A DNA stretch of 63,559 bases, counting the filler, from Octopus bimaculoides (Eukaryota), in NCBI RefSeq assembly GCF_001194135.2. It is 8 parts of 7 records of this genome, joined end to end, with 100 filler letters (N's around TTAATTAATTAA, not from the genome) between each part and the next. Parts side by side here need not be neighbours in the genome. Positions count along the whole stretch, not along the records: positions 1 to 24,490 come from NC_068990.1; positions 24,591 to 36,635 come from NC_068991.1; 6 more parts are not named here. One strand, written 5' to 3'. Below, piece after piece: positions 12,805 to 25,474 of the stretch; position 1 is the first letter of the stretch; each line of letters starts with the position of its first letter. The position numbers and the translations under genes were made by a program. Under the pieces are notes generated by a model that worked only from the letters and a program-made list of their open reading frames with translations, was not told where the DNA came from and made no database searches.

Positions 12805-13020
12805 AAAGACGATAAGGCGGTGAGCTGGTAGAATTGCTTAGCGGACTTTCGTCTGTCTAAGCGGTTTTTCGTCCATTCTGAGCTCAATTTCCGCTGAGGT
12901 CGACTTTATCTTTTATGCTTCCGCAGTCGATAACAGAAGCACTAATTGAACAGAGAGTTTGATGTAATTGGCTGACCCACTCTCCTGAAATAGCTGGCTT
13001 TGTGACAAAATTCGAAACCA
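12805..13020 (+). mobile_element. SINE family C
   Basis: AAGGCGGTGAGCTGGTAGAA...CTGAGGTCGACTTT...AAATTCGAAACC. Confidence 0.75.
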
Positions 13021-14492
13021 TTATTAATATAGATGATCTTTCTCAATTTGTTTTCATAGAAATAAAGAATATTAATTAATTACAAACCCATTAAACACTT
13101 AGATACCTATTTATGCACTATTCCTCCAAACATTCAAACATATACAAGCCATACCAACAAAGTTATATCAATTCCATTTAGTATTGAACGATTAATACGT
13201 AATTTTGTCGGTTGCACCTACCGATGTATGCTTTTCTAATTTATAACTATCTATATGTTTATAAACATTGTATTAAGTCTTCAGTCGTAGTTTAAGAATT
13301 CTTAATACAACTTTTACTAAGCCCGAAGGGTATTTTACTTTTCTAAATGTCGTTCCTTCTCTTTACAAAAGCTCCTGCAATCTGTATACTCCCAGCTTTG
13401 TTCTCTGACCGGAAATAGAACGGTAAATAAACTGATTTTAAATTGTAACTATTATAAGGAGTGATGGTGCTGGTGATGCTACTGGTGATGATAATGGTGG
13501 AGTTGTGAAGTTGTGGAGTTGTTGTTGTCGCTGATGTTGGTGGTGGTGGTGATGGTCATGGAGAAAAGATGGTGGTGAGCGTTTGTAAAGATAGGAGAAA
13601 AGCAAACGTAACGAAATGAAAACGAAAAGCAACAGGTGAGAGAAGACTTCAAAGGTTTGTAAAAGCCACCGCCAATGATCATGAGATTATAATAAAGATG
13701 ATGGTAACCATGGTAATGATGATGATGATGATGACGACGACGACGACGACGACGATGATGATGACAATGATGAAGATTATTATAAATGATGTGAAGGATA
13801 TCAGAGAATACGTGACTTCGGGTCAAAATCTGTACACTCCTATCTCCTATATTTACTACTACTACTACTACTACTACAACGACTGACATCCCTACTAATA
13901 GTAGTAGCTAGTCTCGAAAATAAGCGAAGATAATCTACAATTTACCAACATCCCTGCTGTGAAATTTAGCGTGATAAATTAAATTGGCTCATTTTGAATA
14001 GTTAAGAAAGAGTTAAAGCTAAATGCATCGATATAAGTGGTCATTCAGTCACTTGAAAACATTGCAGTCAACAACAATAATAATCTTATATAAAAGTTGT
14101 TAAGATGGAGAAGTAAGACGAGGTAGTTATATAGATTTTTTTCCCAAGGAACAGAAGCTGCTTTGCTGATAAACAAGAACACTACAAAAAAAATAATAAT
14201 AATGATAAATAAATTAATACTAATAATAAAGAACCACACTAAAAAAAAACAAGACTAAATTGAAGAAAAAATATCATACTCCTGGACCAAAATAAACCTG
14301 AGATATTTTTGAGAAGTATCTCTGAAGGAGGGAGGAAAATGTACATAGGTTTATTTAGAAATGGTAGTGATATATATATATATATATAAAGTAACACAGG
14401 AATGTATTGATAGAATAACTCTCGATAGATGGACAGGTTGATAGATATGTGTGAGGCCTATTCTAGTTACTCTGAAATATATATATATATAG

Positions 14493-14524
<32 letters not shown>

Positions 14525-14795
14525 TTATATATANNNNNNNNNNNNNNNNNNNNNNNNNNNNNNNNNNNNNNNNNNNNNNNNNNNNNNNNNNNNNNNNNNN
14601 NNNNNNNNNNNNNNNNNNNNNNNNNNNNNNNNNNNNNNNNNNNNNNNNNNNNNNNNNNNNNNNNNNNNNNNNNNNNNNNNNNNNNNNNNNNNNNNNNNNN
14701 NNNNNNNNNNNNNNNNNNNNNNNNNNNNTATATATATATATATATACATAAATTCAGGGACACATATAAAACAGACATATATACGTACATTCATT

Positions 14796-14827
<32 letters not shown>

Positions 14828-14875
14828 GACACACATACACATAATTCATACATACATATTCACACCATACATATT

Positions 14876-14915
<40 letters not shown>

Positions 14916-15044
14916 CATGAATACAGACATCTACACAAAACAGATATTTTTTTATCTACTAACATACATTACAAATTAACTAGCACGAGAAGCAAACATA
15001 CATACACAAACGTGTGCGGCTATATTCTCTAGTGAGAGGATATA

Positions 15045-15290
15045 TTCTTTGCTACTCTAGTCACAAGGCCCGAAAATTTTGGGGAAAGTGCCCAGTCGAT
15101 TAGATCGACGCCAGTACGCAACTGATACATAATTTATTGATCTTTAAAGGATAAAAGGCAAAGTCGACCTCGATGGAATTTGAGCTCAGAACACGAAGAC
15201 AGACGGAATACCGCTAAGCATTTCGCTCGGCGTGCTAACGTTTCTTTTCTACTCTAGGCGTGCTTATGTTTCTGCCAGCTTTCCGCCTTA
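15045..15290 (-). mobile_element. SINE family C
   Basis: AAAGGCAAAGTCGACCTCG...ATACCGCTAAGCATTTCGC. Confidence 0.8.
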
Positions 15291-17270
15291 GTGAGATGAT
15301 ATATTAACAGATTAATGGATGGATGGATAGATGGATGGATGGATAGATGGATGGATGGATGCATGGAGAGATTAATCTACAAACAGCGAGTCAACAGGCA
15401 GTTATAATGAGTAAGAAAAAAATGTTATATGGGAAAGGAGATAAGTATGAATATATATGTATTTATTGTTATATATTTATGTATATAGATGCATGGATAC
15501 ATACATACATACATACATACATACATACATACATACATACATACATACATACATACATACATACCCTGTTGTTGATGTTGAAATCCAAAAGAAGGAGCCT
15601 TGGATCTAGCGGCTCTTTATTGGGAAGAAATTTTGAAATAAAACTGAACAATCACACACATACATATATACATGCATATATAAAGACATACATAAAACAA
15701 AACATACAAACCTGCACGTATACATACATACATACATACATACATACATACATACATACATACATACATACATACATACATACATACATACGTACAGACA
15801 TACACACAAAAATGCCCTGTTTAAGTTGCTGAAATTCCAATGNNNNNNNNNNAATCCAAAAGAAGGAGCCTTGGATCTAGCGGCTCTTTATTGGGAAGAA
15901 ATTTTGAAATAAAACTGAACAATCACACACATACATATATACATGCATATATAAAGACATACATAAAACAAAACATACAAACCTGCACGTATACATACAT
16001 ACATACATACATACATACATACATACATACATACATACATACATACATACATACATACATACGTACAGACATACACACAAAAATGCCCTGTTTAAGTTGC
16101 TGAAATTCCAATGAAGGAGGCTTAGATCTAGGTTAGAAACCATTTCTATCTCTATTGGCAAGAAATCTTGAAATAAAACTGAAAAATGACATACATACAT
16201 GCATAAATACATACACACACAAATACATAACTCTAGAAATGGTACTATTCGTATAAAATTATACATGCATCTGCTGCTTTCGTCAGAATATGTATGTGTA
16301 CCAATGGACGTTATAGACATTTTACAATATTGAAGAAACAAGCATGCATATAATTCTATTCCTGCTTTTGGTGCCCTCATCGACAGGCAGAGTATTCAAA
16401 ACTCCTATCATAAAATAATCTCTTGCGTTGATAGTTTCTGTAAACTGGAGAACAATCATATCCTAGAATGTTTAAACATATTAAAGCGAGGCCCCATCCA
16501 CTAAGGCGTGAATTTGCAAGGATGGTTTGGACGATAACTGTGTTAACGCTCATGACAGCTCAGCGCCTTTATGGATATTTATACTAATATATTCATTTGT
16601 TATTTATTACGTTTTGCTCTTATATTACATTTTGATCTCTAAATTTGACATTATTTTATAATATTTTCAATTCTTTTGGCCATTTCAAATAAACGAAAAT
16701 ACACTCGCTATCATTCAGAAATATTAATTTTTGGTTATACCATAAAAGCCACTGTCTGACTTTCAATATTAGAGTTAGATAGGCAATCACAGCAGTGTAA
16801 AATTTAAAACTCAGGAAGGCGGTGTCTGAAATTGAAATAAAAGGAGGGAGAGAGAGGGAAGGAGGGAGAGAGAGGGAAGGAGGGAGAGAGAGAGAGAATG
16901 AAACAGAGAGAGAAAGAAAGAGAGAGAGAAAGAAAGAGAGAGAGAAAGAAAGAGAGAGAGAAAGAAAGAGAGAGAGAAAGAAAGAGAGAGAGAAAGAAAG
17001 AGAGAGAGAGAGAAATCGTGTGAGCGTGTATATATTGTATNNNNNNNNNNNNNNNNNNNNNNNNNNNNNNNNNNNNNNNNNNNNNNNNNNNNNNNNNNNN
17101 NNNNNNNNNNNNNNNNNNNNNNNNNNNNNNNNNNNNNNNNNNNNNNNNNNNNNNNNNNNNNNNNNNNNNNNNNNNNNNNNNNNNNNNNNNNNNNNNNNNN
17201 NNNNNNNNNNNNNNNNNNNNNNNNNNNNNNNNNNNNNNNNNNNNNNNNNNNNNNNNNNNNNNNNNNNNNN

Positions 17271-17321
<51 letters not shown>

Positions 17322-19204
17322 CATACATACTTACGTACAAATATAGTTGTGTGCGTGTCACCGTTTGTATATAAACGTATATGTATATGTGTCTATGTAT
17401 GTGTTTGCTTATTTAGGTTATTTACATATTTTAAAATATCAATATTCTTGTAGGTATTTGTACGCGAAAGGAAATATTTGGCCCAATAGGACTTACTTTG
17501 ACTCTTACTTCTCGCAGACTAAACCACAGACAAAGCAAATGACTCTTTGCAAAGTTCATTCGTGCTTTTATAATCAATTCTTCGAAATGACTTAACTCAT
17601 GTTCTTTTCCTAGATTTTCTCCTACCCCTCTCTCTCTTATATATATATATATATATATGCGTGTGTGTGTGTGTGTGTAAGTTGTCTTCTTTTTTGTCTA
17701 TGTTTTTTACTAGTATTTACCCCAACACTTATTTTATTTTCGTGTTATATTTAAGATATTTTCTGTTTCTTTTTCAGTTTTCCCCTCTCGATCATTCACA
17801 GTTATTTGTTTATTTATTTATCGATGCATTTATTTATATGTTTATATATTTTATTTATCTGTTCTTTCATTTATGTTTGCTTTCTCTTTCTGAAGCAGAA
17901 CGCCACTATTTGTGAGGAAATATTGTAATGAAATAAACTCGAATATATTTAGGAATCAAGAAACACAAACTCTGTACGTAAACAACTAATTCGAATTTAA
18001 TACGAGGTTTTAGTTTGTATTCACCGCGGCAAACTATAGCTTTCTTTTCTCTTTTTTTTTTCACTGCTAAAGAAGCGACAGCGTGATCTCGTTTGATATC
18101 GTCTGATCTGTGTGTGAAATACGATACTACCTCTAGGCTAAGTTCTTCTGTTCTCTTCGAAAACAAAAACAAAAACAAAAATATATCTACAAAACACATA
18201 CAAAATAAAGACACGTATCGACACCATTTACAACGCCACCATCCGATAAATGTCTCTTTCCTTCTGTTCTCGTTTTATATATGATGGCTTACCAAAAAAC
18301 AACATACAAACATGCAAAAATAATATGCAGAAGATTGAAAGAATATCAATATGCAAGAACTGCAACAGTAAATCTCATGTGATAAACCACAGCATATTGG
18401 TTGGTGTTTGGTGTGCATAGTATTATCGGCGTCTACATGGATAATATTATGTACAGCAACAACGATGATGATGACGACGGCGAAGACGAAAGATGGTGAC
18501 GTCGACCCTGTCTCCTAGGTCGTTCAATCCAATAGAAGTAGCTACAAGTTCTCCCTGAAGTTGCAGTCTACTCTCTTCGAAAACAAAAGAGTTACATTGG
18601 ATAATGTGATTCTAAATACTTGATGTCTGAAAAAGCGAAAAATTAATAGATGCGATGGTCACGGTTCAAATGCTTCTGATTATTGGTCTCCTCGATCAGA
18701 GCTGAACGGTGGTAAACAAAACCGATAAGAGACATCATCAGAGACTCTGTGACCAAACGAAATCTCCTTAAAACTTTGACGGTGGTGAGTTGGAAATCAT
18801 GCCCGAAAAAAATAAAAGACGAAAAAGCACGTTTGTAAAACTGAAACGGCAATAATTATTAGGTCTTCTATTTCAAGATTGATCTAGAACTAAATAGGAA
18901 AAAAGAATAAAAGAAGCACAACATCAGTAAAGCTCACATGAAAGTTTTAGAAATATAATCATTGATGTTGACTAACTTCTGCATATAACGCATCTGAAAA
19001 TATTTTCTAAGTATTTTCTGTAATGTTGTTTTCTTCTAAGGGACNNNNNNNNNNNNNNNNNNNNNNNNNNNNNNNNNNNNNNNNNNNNNNNNNNNNNNNN
19101 NNNNNNNNNNNNNNNNNNNNNNNNNNNNNNNNNNNNNNNNNNNNNNNNNNNNNNNNNNNNNNNNNNNNNNNNNNNNNNNNNNNNNNNNNNNNNNNNNNNN
19201 NNNN

Positions 19205-19244
<40 letters not shown>

Positions 19245-21638
19245 TTGTGTGTGTGTGTGTGTGTGAGTGTGTGTGTGTGTGTGTGTGTACAAAAATATAG
19301 TAGTTTAATGCAAATAATTTCAACCACCCTTTGACTATGAAAACACAATTGTTTACAACCACTAATCTACGGTGCTTAATAAGACTTTGTGAAGAACTCG
19401 AAATATACCAGACTATTCCGAAAACTTGAGAGATTCAATGTACCAAAGTCATCGTTGCATGCGATAAAATGCAATATGTTCGGCCTTCAAGCAACTTTAA
19501 TAATTTTTTTTTAAAAGCTGGCTTGCTGTGACACTTTTAGCGTCTTATCTGGCATACTTTCGATCAGTAAAGTTTGGAAACCATATACATAATTGGTAAA
19601 TTGTGATTTGTCGTTACAATTCGGGTTGCTAGTTTGTATTTTCTGATATGGCATCGGCAATATTGAACAATTCTGACATATTTCAAACTCGCTCTCCTAA
19701 GCGAAAGATTTTTACAACATGGAAGAATGATGTTCTATTTAATTTGCTTTCATACAAGAGAATTTTACAAAATCTGAAGTCTAAGTGTACAGATTTAAAA
19801 TAAAATAAATAAATAAGCTGAATTTTTAAAATTTTATTATTTCTTTACGATGTCTAGACATAGAACATGGTTACAAAAACTTTGAGCACGCATTGCCAAA
19901 CAAAAAAGACAACGACAAAAGAACAATTTTCATAAAGAGAAAATAAGCGAAAATGAAGAGAAAAGACAAACAATGGTAATTTAATTGCGTGGCTAGTTAT
20001 TAATGTTAAATGGGAGCAAAAATAAAATATTTTAACAGCCAAAAATGCCAGTCTAAGCGCCTCGAGTTGTAATGTTGTCAACGACCATGTCACTGACATA
20101 TACATACAAGCTTTGCGAAGCGAAAACATTTCCGCTATTTTGCATGTCAATAAGATATTTGTTTGCGTAGTAAAGAAAGAAAAAAAGAAAGCACACGAAA
20201 TACTAGACTATGAACTGTCAACGTAGAGAAGACATGTGATGAAGAATAAATACTGTCTCTCACTTTCTCTCTCTGATTATATTCAGGAGTTAGTAGTGAA
20301 ACAAAATACATGCCTATATCTGTCTCTCTAAAATGACGGAGATTCCAAATTCCCCCGGAGGAACAGCTGATGTGTGAGGGATATACTCTCCTTTGGACAG
20401 AACAGACGTATTTTGTTTACTCTGAAATTATAGCAATCAGTCATTGTGGGTCTGTTTTTGCACATAATGATGATTATTAAAAAAGAAATGAGCAACGTAC
20501 GATATATGTGAAAGAGGTTTTCATTCTAGTATTTTTAAAAGCCATCTAGCAAATATGAATATATTGCTTTTAGTCTTTTGAGCTACTGATGTTTCTTTGC
20601 GTTGTAGGATCAATCCTAATGAAAGTACATTTGTGTGCGTGTATGTGTGTGAGTGTGCGTGCGTATTTACATATATTATTACATTCATCACCACTTCCAT
20701 CATCTGGCATGCAGCACATCGAGCCCCTGTACCAGCAATGTTGATTGGATAGAGAGACTGAGCTTATGTGCAGCACAATTATTTGACCGCTATAAACAAT
20801 TCATCTCCACACGTTGTTGAGCAAGAAATTGCAGAACCGTCTTTCTGGGTCCAAGTGACTTCCGTTAAAAGAAAACAAAAAAATGTATAAATATTTGCAT
20901 ACGTTATAGCAATTTAATTTCTCCTCCATACAGCCAACTTGGACACAGAACAACTTACTACAAGAAACAGATATCTGTCGAGAGCTGAGCATAATTTTAT
21001 TTTTAAAGCACCTTGAGAAAACCAAAGGCATGTTGAACGATTGAAAGTGGTTAGCGTGAGATATTCTCTCTAAATAATTCGAAAGAGTTACTATTTATCT
21101 CAAAAGATTTCTTTGCAAAATTGATTAGTTCAAGAATTTGCTTTCGATTTATAATTTCCATGCACAATTTTATATCAATACTTCCATTGATAAGTTGATA
21201 TATAAATTCTGATGACAGTTGTTGACGTCATGTAAACAACCAGATTCATATTTTTGAATGAATATAAGCTGATGTCGGAAGTTTCCGCCAAAAAGCCACA
21301 CGAAGTCATTGGGAGAGAATTTAAGTTAAAATGAACGCAACGTCTTTAACTGCCGGGATTCGAACTAAACGAGAGCTGTGAAGCATTCAACATATGCAAT
21401 CTATGCTATTAAGTATTCTGTTCATTCTCTTGGTAGCTAACAACTGTATTGCTTTGCTATTTAATGGTAGGAAACTAGCTTATTACAAGCAGAACTTCAT
21501 TAATTCTCCCTCAATAAGCATGTAATATATCTATAGAAAATTTCCAATTCACAAACAACCATTTAGTTAAACGTGTGATATCATTTTGAACGATGAACGA
21601 TGAAGAACCTGAAAATGTACAGATAACAACATCAAAAT

Positions 21639-21669
<31 letters not shown>

Positions 21670-22962
21670 GATAATGATAATAACTTGATGCAACATTAAG
21701 AAGCATTTCAGATGCATAGGAACGTCTTGCGAAAAAGTTCTTGATTCCCCCTCCGGGGATAAGGGATATGCAGAATGAAAGATCTTGGCTGTAATTTAAC
21801 ATAAATCTTCAAATTGAGCACCAAGTGGGGAAACTAGGTGGTTATTCAGGTTGGCAAGCTGATGACCTGCTTGCAAGGAAAGCCATAAAAGTTACAAAAT
21901 GGTAATTGAAACGAGGAAAGAAACCGACTCTCAAGAGAGAAATGTGGCCAGCGAGTCGATTCCCGAATTGCGTGCATTAGCTCCGATGTATGGCATTTGG
22001 TAATGGCTTGCACGTGTCAGATCAGTCACCTAAGGCAATAGTGTAATCTGAACAGAAGATCAAGCGGGCTACTGTGGTGTGAGTGTGTATGCACCCGTGA
22101 TATGTATGCGTGATGTGTGTGTGTGTATGCGTGTAGGCGTTTGCAGAAAGGTGAGAGGGAAAGAGAGAGGGAGTGAGAGAGCAATCGTAATATATTTTAT
22201 CAACTTCAATGAATATAATTGAAGCTCACTGACGTTGCCAACAACCTGAGAATACAACTTACACAACTCTAAACTATATTTGACATAAGTTGCTTGTATT
22301 TTTATTATTATTACGATTATTATTATTATTAGTAGTAGTAGTAGTAGTAGCAGTAGTAGTATTAGTATCATTAACGGAAGCAGATTTGATATGTTTCTCT
22401 GAATGCCATTTGTTAAAACGGGGAAGACTGCAGATATGCAGAATACCTGGGGACATTTTTGTAGAATAATGTAAAAGACCAGTGGACACTACTACACTAT
22501 ATTACAGCACGTCAATAGGAAGTGTACTATTGTGAAACTAAACTCGGCATAATAGCCAGCTACTGCCTCGTTTCTCTTTCTACTGGTATATATATATATA
22601 TATATATATATNNNNNNNNNNNNNNNNNNNNNNNNNNNNNNNNNNNNNNNNNNNNNNNNNNNNNNNNNNNNNNNNNNNNNNNNNNNNNNNNNNNNNNNNN
22701 NNNNNNNNNNNNNNNNNNNNNNNNNNNNNNNNNNNNNNNNNNNNNNNNNNNNNNNNNNNNNNNNNNNNNNNNNNNNNNNNNNNNNNNNNNNNNNNNNNNN
22801 NNNNNNNNNNNNNNNNNNNNNNNNNNNNNNNNNNNNNNTATATGCCTACATATATTACATATATGTGTGTGTGTACTTGTTTGTGTGCAGGTATGCGGGC
22901 GTGTGGGCGTGTGCAGTGTGTATAAAATAACAAAGGTAGCCAGACGCAATATAGAATCAAAA

Positions 22963-23258
22963 AGGAAGAATTCAATTGTCACTAATAGTAACTGGTGGTG
23001 CACCTACATTGCTAGAAACAAGAGTCAGAAACCCTGATAGCCATGAACATAGCACAAGTCTATATATTGGCAGAGTGTTAACCCTCCGATAGCGAGCGAG
23101 GGTACAAAAAAGGGCAAGCCAATTTCGCTTGAAATTAAAGTTCATCAATAGTACTACTCCATCGTCGCTTCAAGACTTCTTCTACGCTTGTGGCTCTGAG
23201 GGCCTTTGACTCTTATTTCTAGCAATGCACCCTCAGTAGTGACAATTGAATTCTTCCT
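22963..23258. mobile_element. MITE with 22-bp perfect TIRs, superfamily unassigned
   Basis: AGGAAGAATTCAATTGTCACTA (22963-22984) is the exact reverse complement of 23237-23258; subterminal IR CATTGCTAGAAA(C/T)AAGAGTCA; no clear TSD. Confidence 0.8.
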
Positions 23259-23339
23259 ATACGTATCCTGATCAAAAACACGCAGAGTAAAGCCGCTTGG
23301 CACAGACTGACCTTGAACTCTGCTGTGCATGCACACTAA

Positions 23340-24095
23340 CCTTTAACGTTTTAGCTCACATCTGCTGTATACACGAGTGGCTGGAAGGAACTGTGTTGTG
23401 TGTGATCGTCGCATTGATCATAACAGAGGAAGTTGGGCCGAAAATATGTATCAAATTTTACCCAAAGCTTGGCGATACCTGCTCAGAGGCCTGTGCAAAG
23501 TTTTCAAAAGGGTTTCATCGTTTTCGACACAATCAAGGCGATCTTGTGCAACTGAAAGCCGAGTGTCTTTTTGGTAAGCTGAAAGCAGTTTTGGCACAAA
23601 CTTGGTAGATACGTGTCTCATACCCAAGATTTCGGTGATAATATACTGAACTGCATCGTAGCTAATCTGATAACTCACGGATAGGCCCAAGCTTTGGGTA
23701 AAATTTGATGCAGATTTTCTGCTCAACTTCTTCGACGAGTCAATTAGTTGTACGCAATGTTTCGAGCGGCACCACTGCTTCAAAAGCGGATGAACGTCCT
23801 TGGAGGACGATGAGCGATCCTGAAGACCTTCCACGAGCGTCATCCCGGAAATGTAAAAGAAAATTCAACACTTTGTGCATGAGAATCGTCGGAGGACAGT
23901 CAACAACATTGCTTATATTGTTGGTTTATCGTATGGGTCCGTGCAGGAAATCGTTACTTCTGGGTTCTTCACGACGGCAATGCATCCTGTCATCGAGCTC
24001 TCTTTACGCGCGAGGTTGTCCCCAAAATCAACATGGTATCACTTTTGCACCCGCCCTATCCGCCAAATTTAGCACCTACATATTTCCCGGTATGT
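23340..24095 (+). mobile_element. Rearranged, decayed mariner transposase
   Basis: Plus: KICIKFYPKLG, HENRRRTVNNIAYIVGLSYGSVQEI and an HPPYSPNLAP-like segment in a shifted frame; minus: LGMRHVSTKFVPKLL. Confidence 0.8.
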
Positions 24096-24490
24096 ACACA
24101 AGCCACTACTTCCCTAAAACTATATATTATAGTTTACTATAATATTTAGTAAATATATATTATATATTATATAGATACATAGTTACGAAATTTCTCATCT
24201 AGAAATTCTTTTTTGAAAAGAAGATAAGATCATATTATCTATTTAGCAGAGAAAATTTTAAGTTTTATGGAAACATGGAAACCATCGAAAAACAAAAGAA
24301 AACAAAACAGAAAACGAAGTAAATGAAATAAATTGACCAAGTAATAAATTTATTTTTAATTGGTGATCTTTGATTGTCCCGCAAAAAACAACTGCTGCGT
24401 ACGGCACGCTTCACTAACCCAGTAACGTTTTTATATTTGAGTGTGTGGAGGAATACAGATGCGTGTGATCACGTACAGATACAACGATAT

Positions 24491-24590
24491 NNNNNNNNNN
24501 NNNNNNNNNNNNNNNNNNNNNNNNNNNNNNNNNNTTAATTAATTAANNNNNNNNNNNNNNNNNNNNNNNNNNNNNNNNNNNNNNNNNNNN
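24491..24590. other. Artificial scaffold linker N44-TTAATTAATTAA-N44 (also 36636-36735, 42103-42202, 48292-48391, 54533-54632, 60899-60998, 62357-62456)
   Basis: Identical 100-bp design seven times; the 12-mer places stops in all six frames. Confidence 0.97.
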
Positions 24591-25474
24591 GCCAATCGTA
24601 GCTGAAATTTTCACAGTTTCTGCTTATCTTCTCTGGGAGTATATTCTTTTTATTGCACCGTTTTCTTTGCTTGCTTTCCCGCAGTCTTCAGGAACTAAGG
24701 TAAAGGTGATGAACTCTGATGAAAAACGGTTATTGCGAGTCGTTGTTGTTGTTTCAGCTCATCTGAAAAGAAAGATTTTAAACGACTGAAGAACCATTCC
24801 TAACATTTTTCTCTCGGCACCCACTCATACTGCAATTCCAGGATCATTTTGTGGTTTTGTGGGCTCAAGAAGGCTTGTACATCTATAAAAGTCACACTCA
24901 ACCACATATCACCAAAAGTTATCTCTGCGATGATCACCAGTCCACATGGGGCTCTGAAGATGACTATGAACCAAGGATTAACACTGTCACCGATGACCTA
25001 TATTGTTATGCACCTTCGTCTCAAATATTGTATGATTAGCCTACAGGAAAAAAACGTGCGCGTGTGTGTGTGTGCGCGCATTTGTGTGTGTGACGAACAA
25101 ATTTGTTTCTTTATTCTGTCCTCAGTTTTAAACCAACACATTGAATCATATACTCTTCCTTACTGAATGTAAGAAATCACGAACCGAGTATCGGCGAGTT
25201 TATCCCCAGCTATTGTGTGGTAACCACAAGAAAAAACCTCTGTAGCTTTGGCATTGCACAGTAAGGTCCCCTTTCTGTCTGTGATGGCTGCTAGCAAAAA
25301 TGTTGGTAAAGCTAACGATGATCATTATGATTATTAACTTTAATGCAGCCAATGTTGACTTTAACATTTCTCATTTCAAGGTCGATAAAATAAGTACCAG
25401 CTGAGTAGTAGCGTCGATGTAATCGACTTGCGCTCCCCTAGATAATTCCTGCTACGTGCCAAAAATTAGAAAGA

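Noticed and set aside
13438-13889. His/Gln-rich ORFs resembling a peptide precursor
   Set aside because: Non-ATG starts and triplet-repeat origin; no splice support.
15582-16113. Near-identical ~260-bp tandem duplication
   Set aside because: Copies flank an 11-N gap and are almost base-identical; typical unmerged contig overlap.
19400-19800. HTH-like peptide FNVPKSSLHAIK (pogo/Tc1-like)
   Set aside because: Single short motif, no TIRs or downstream transposase motifs.
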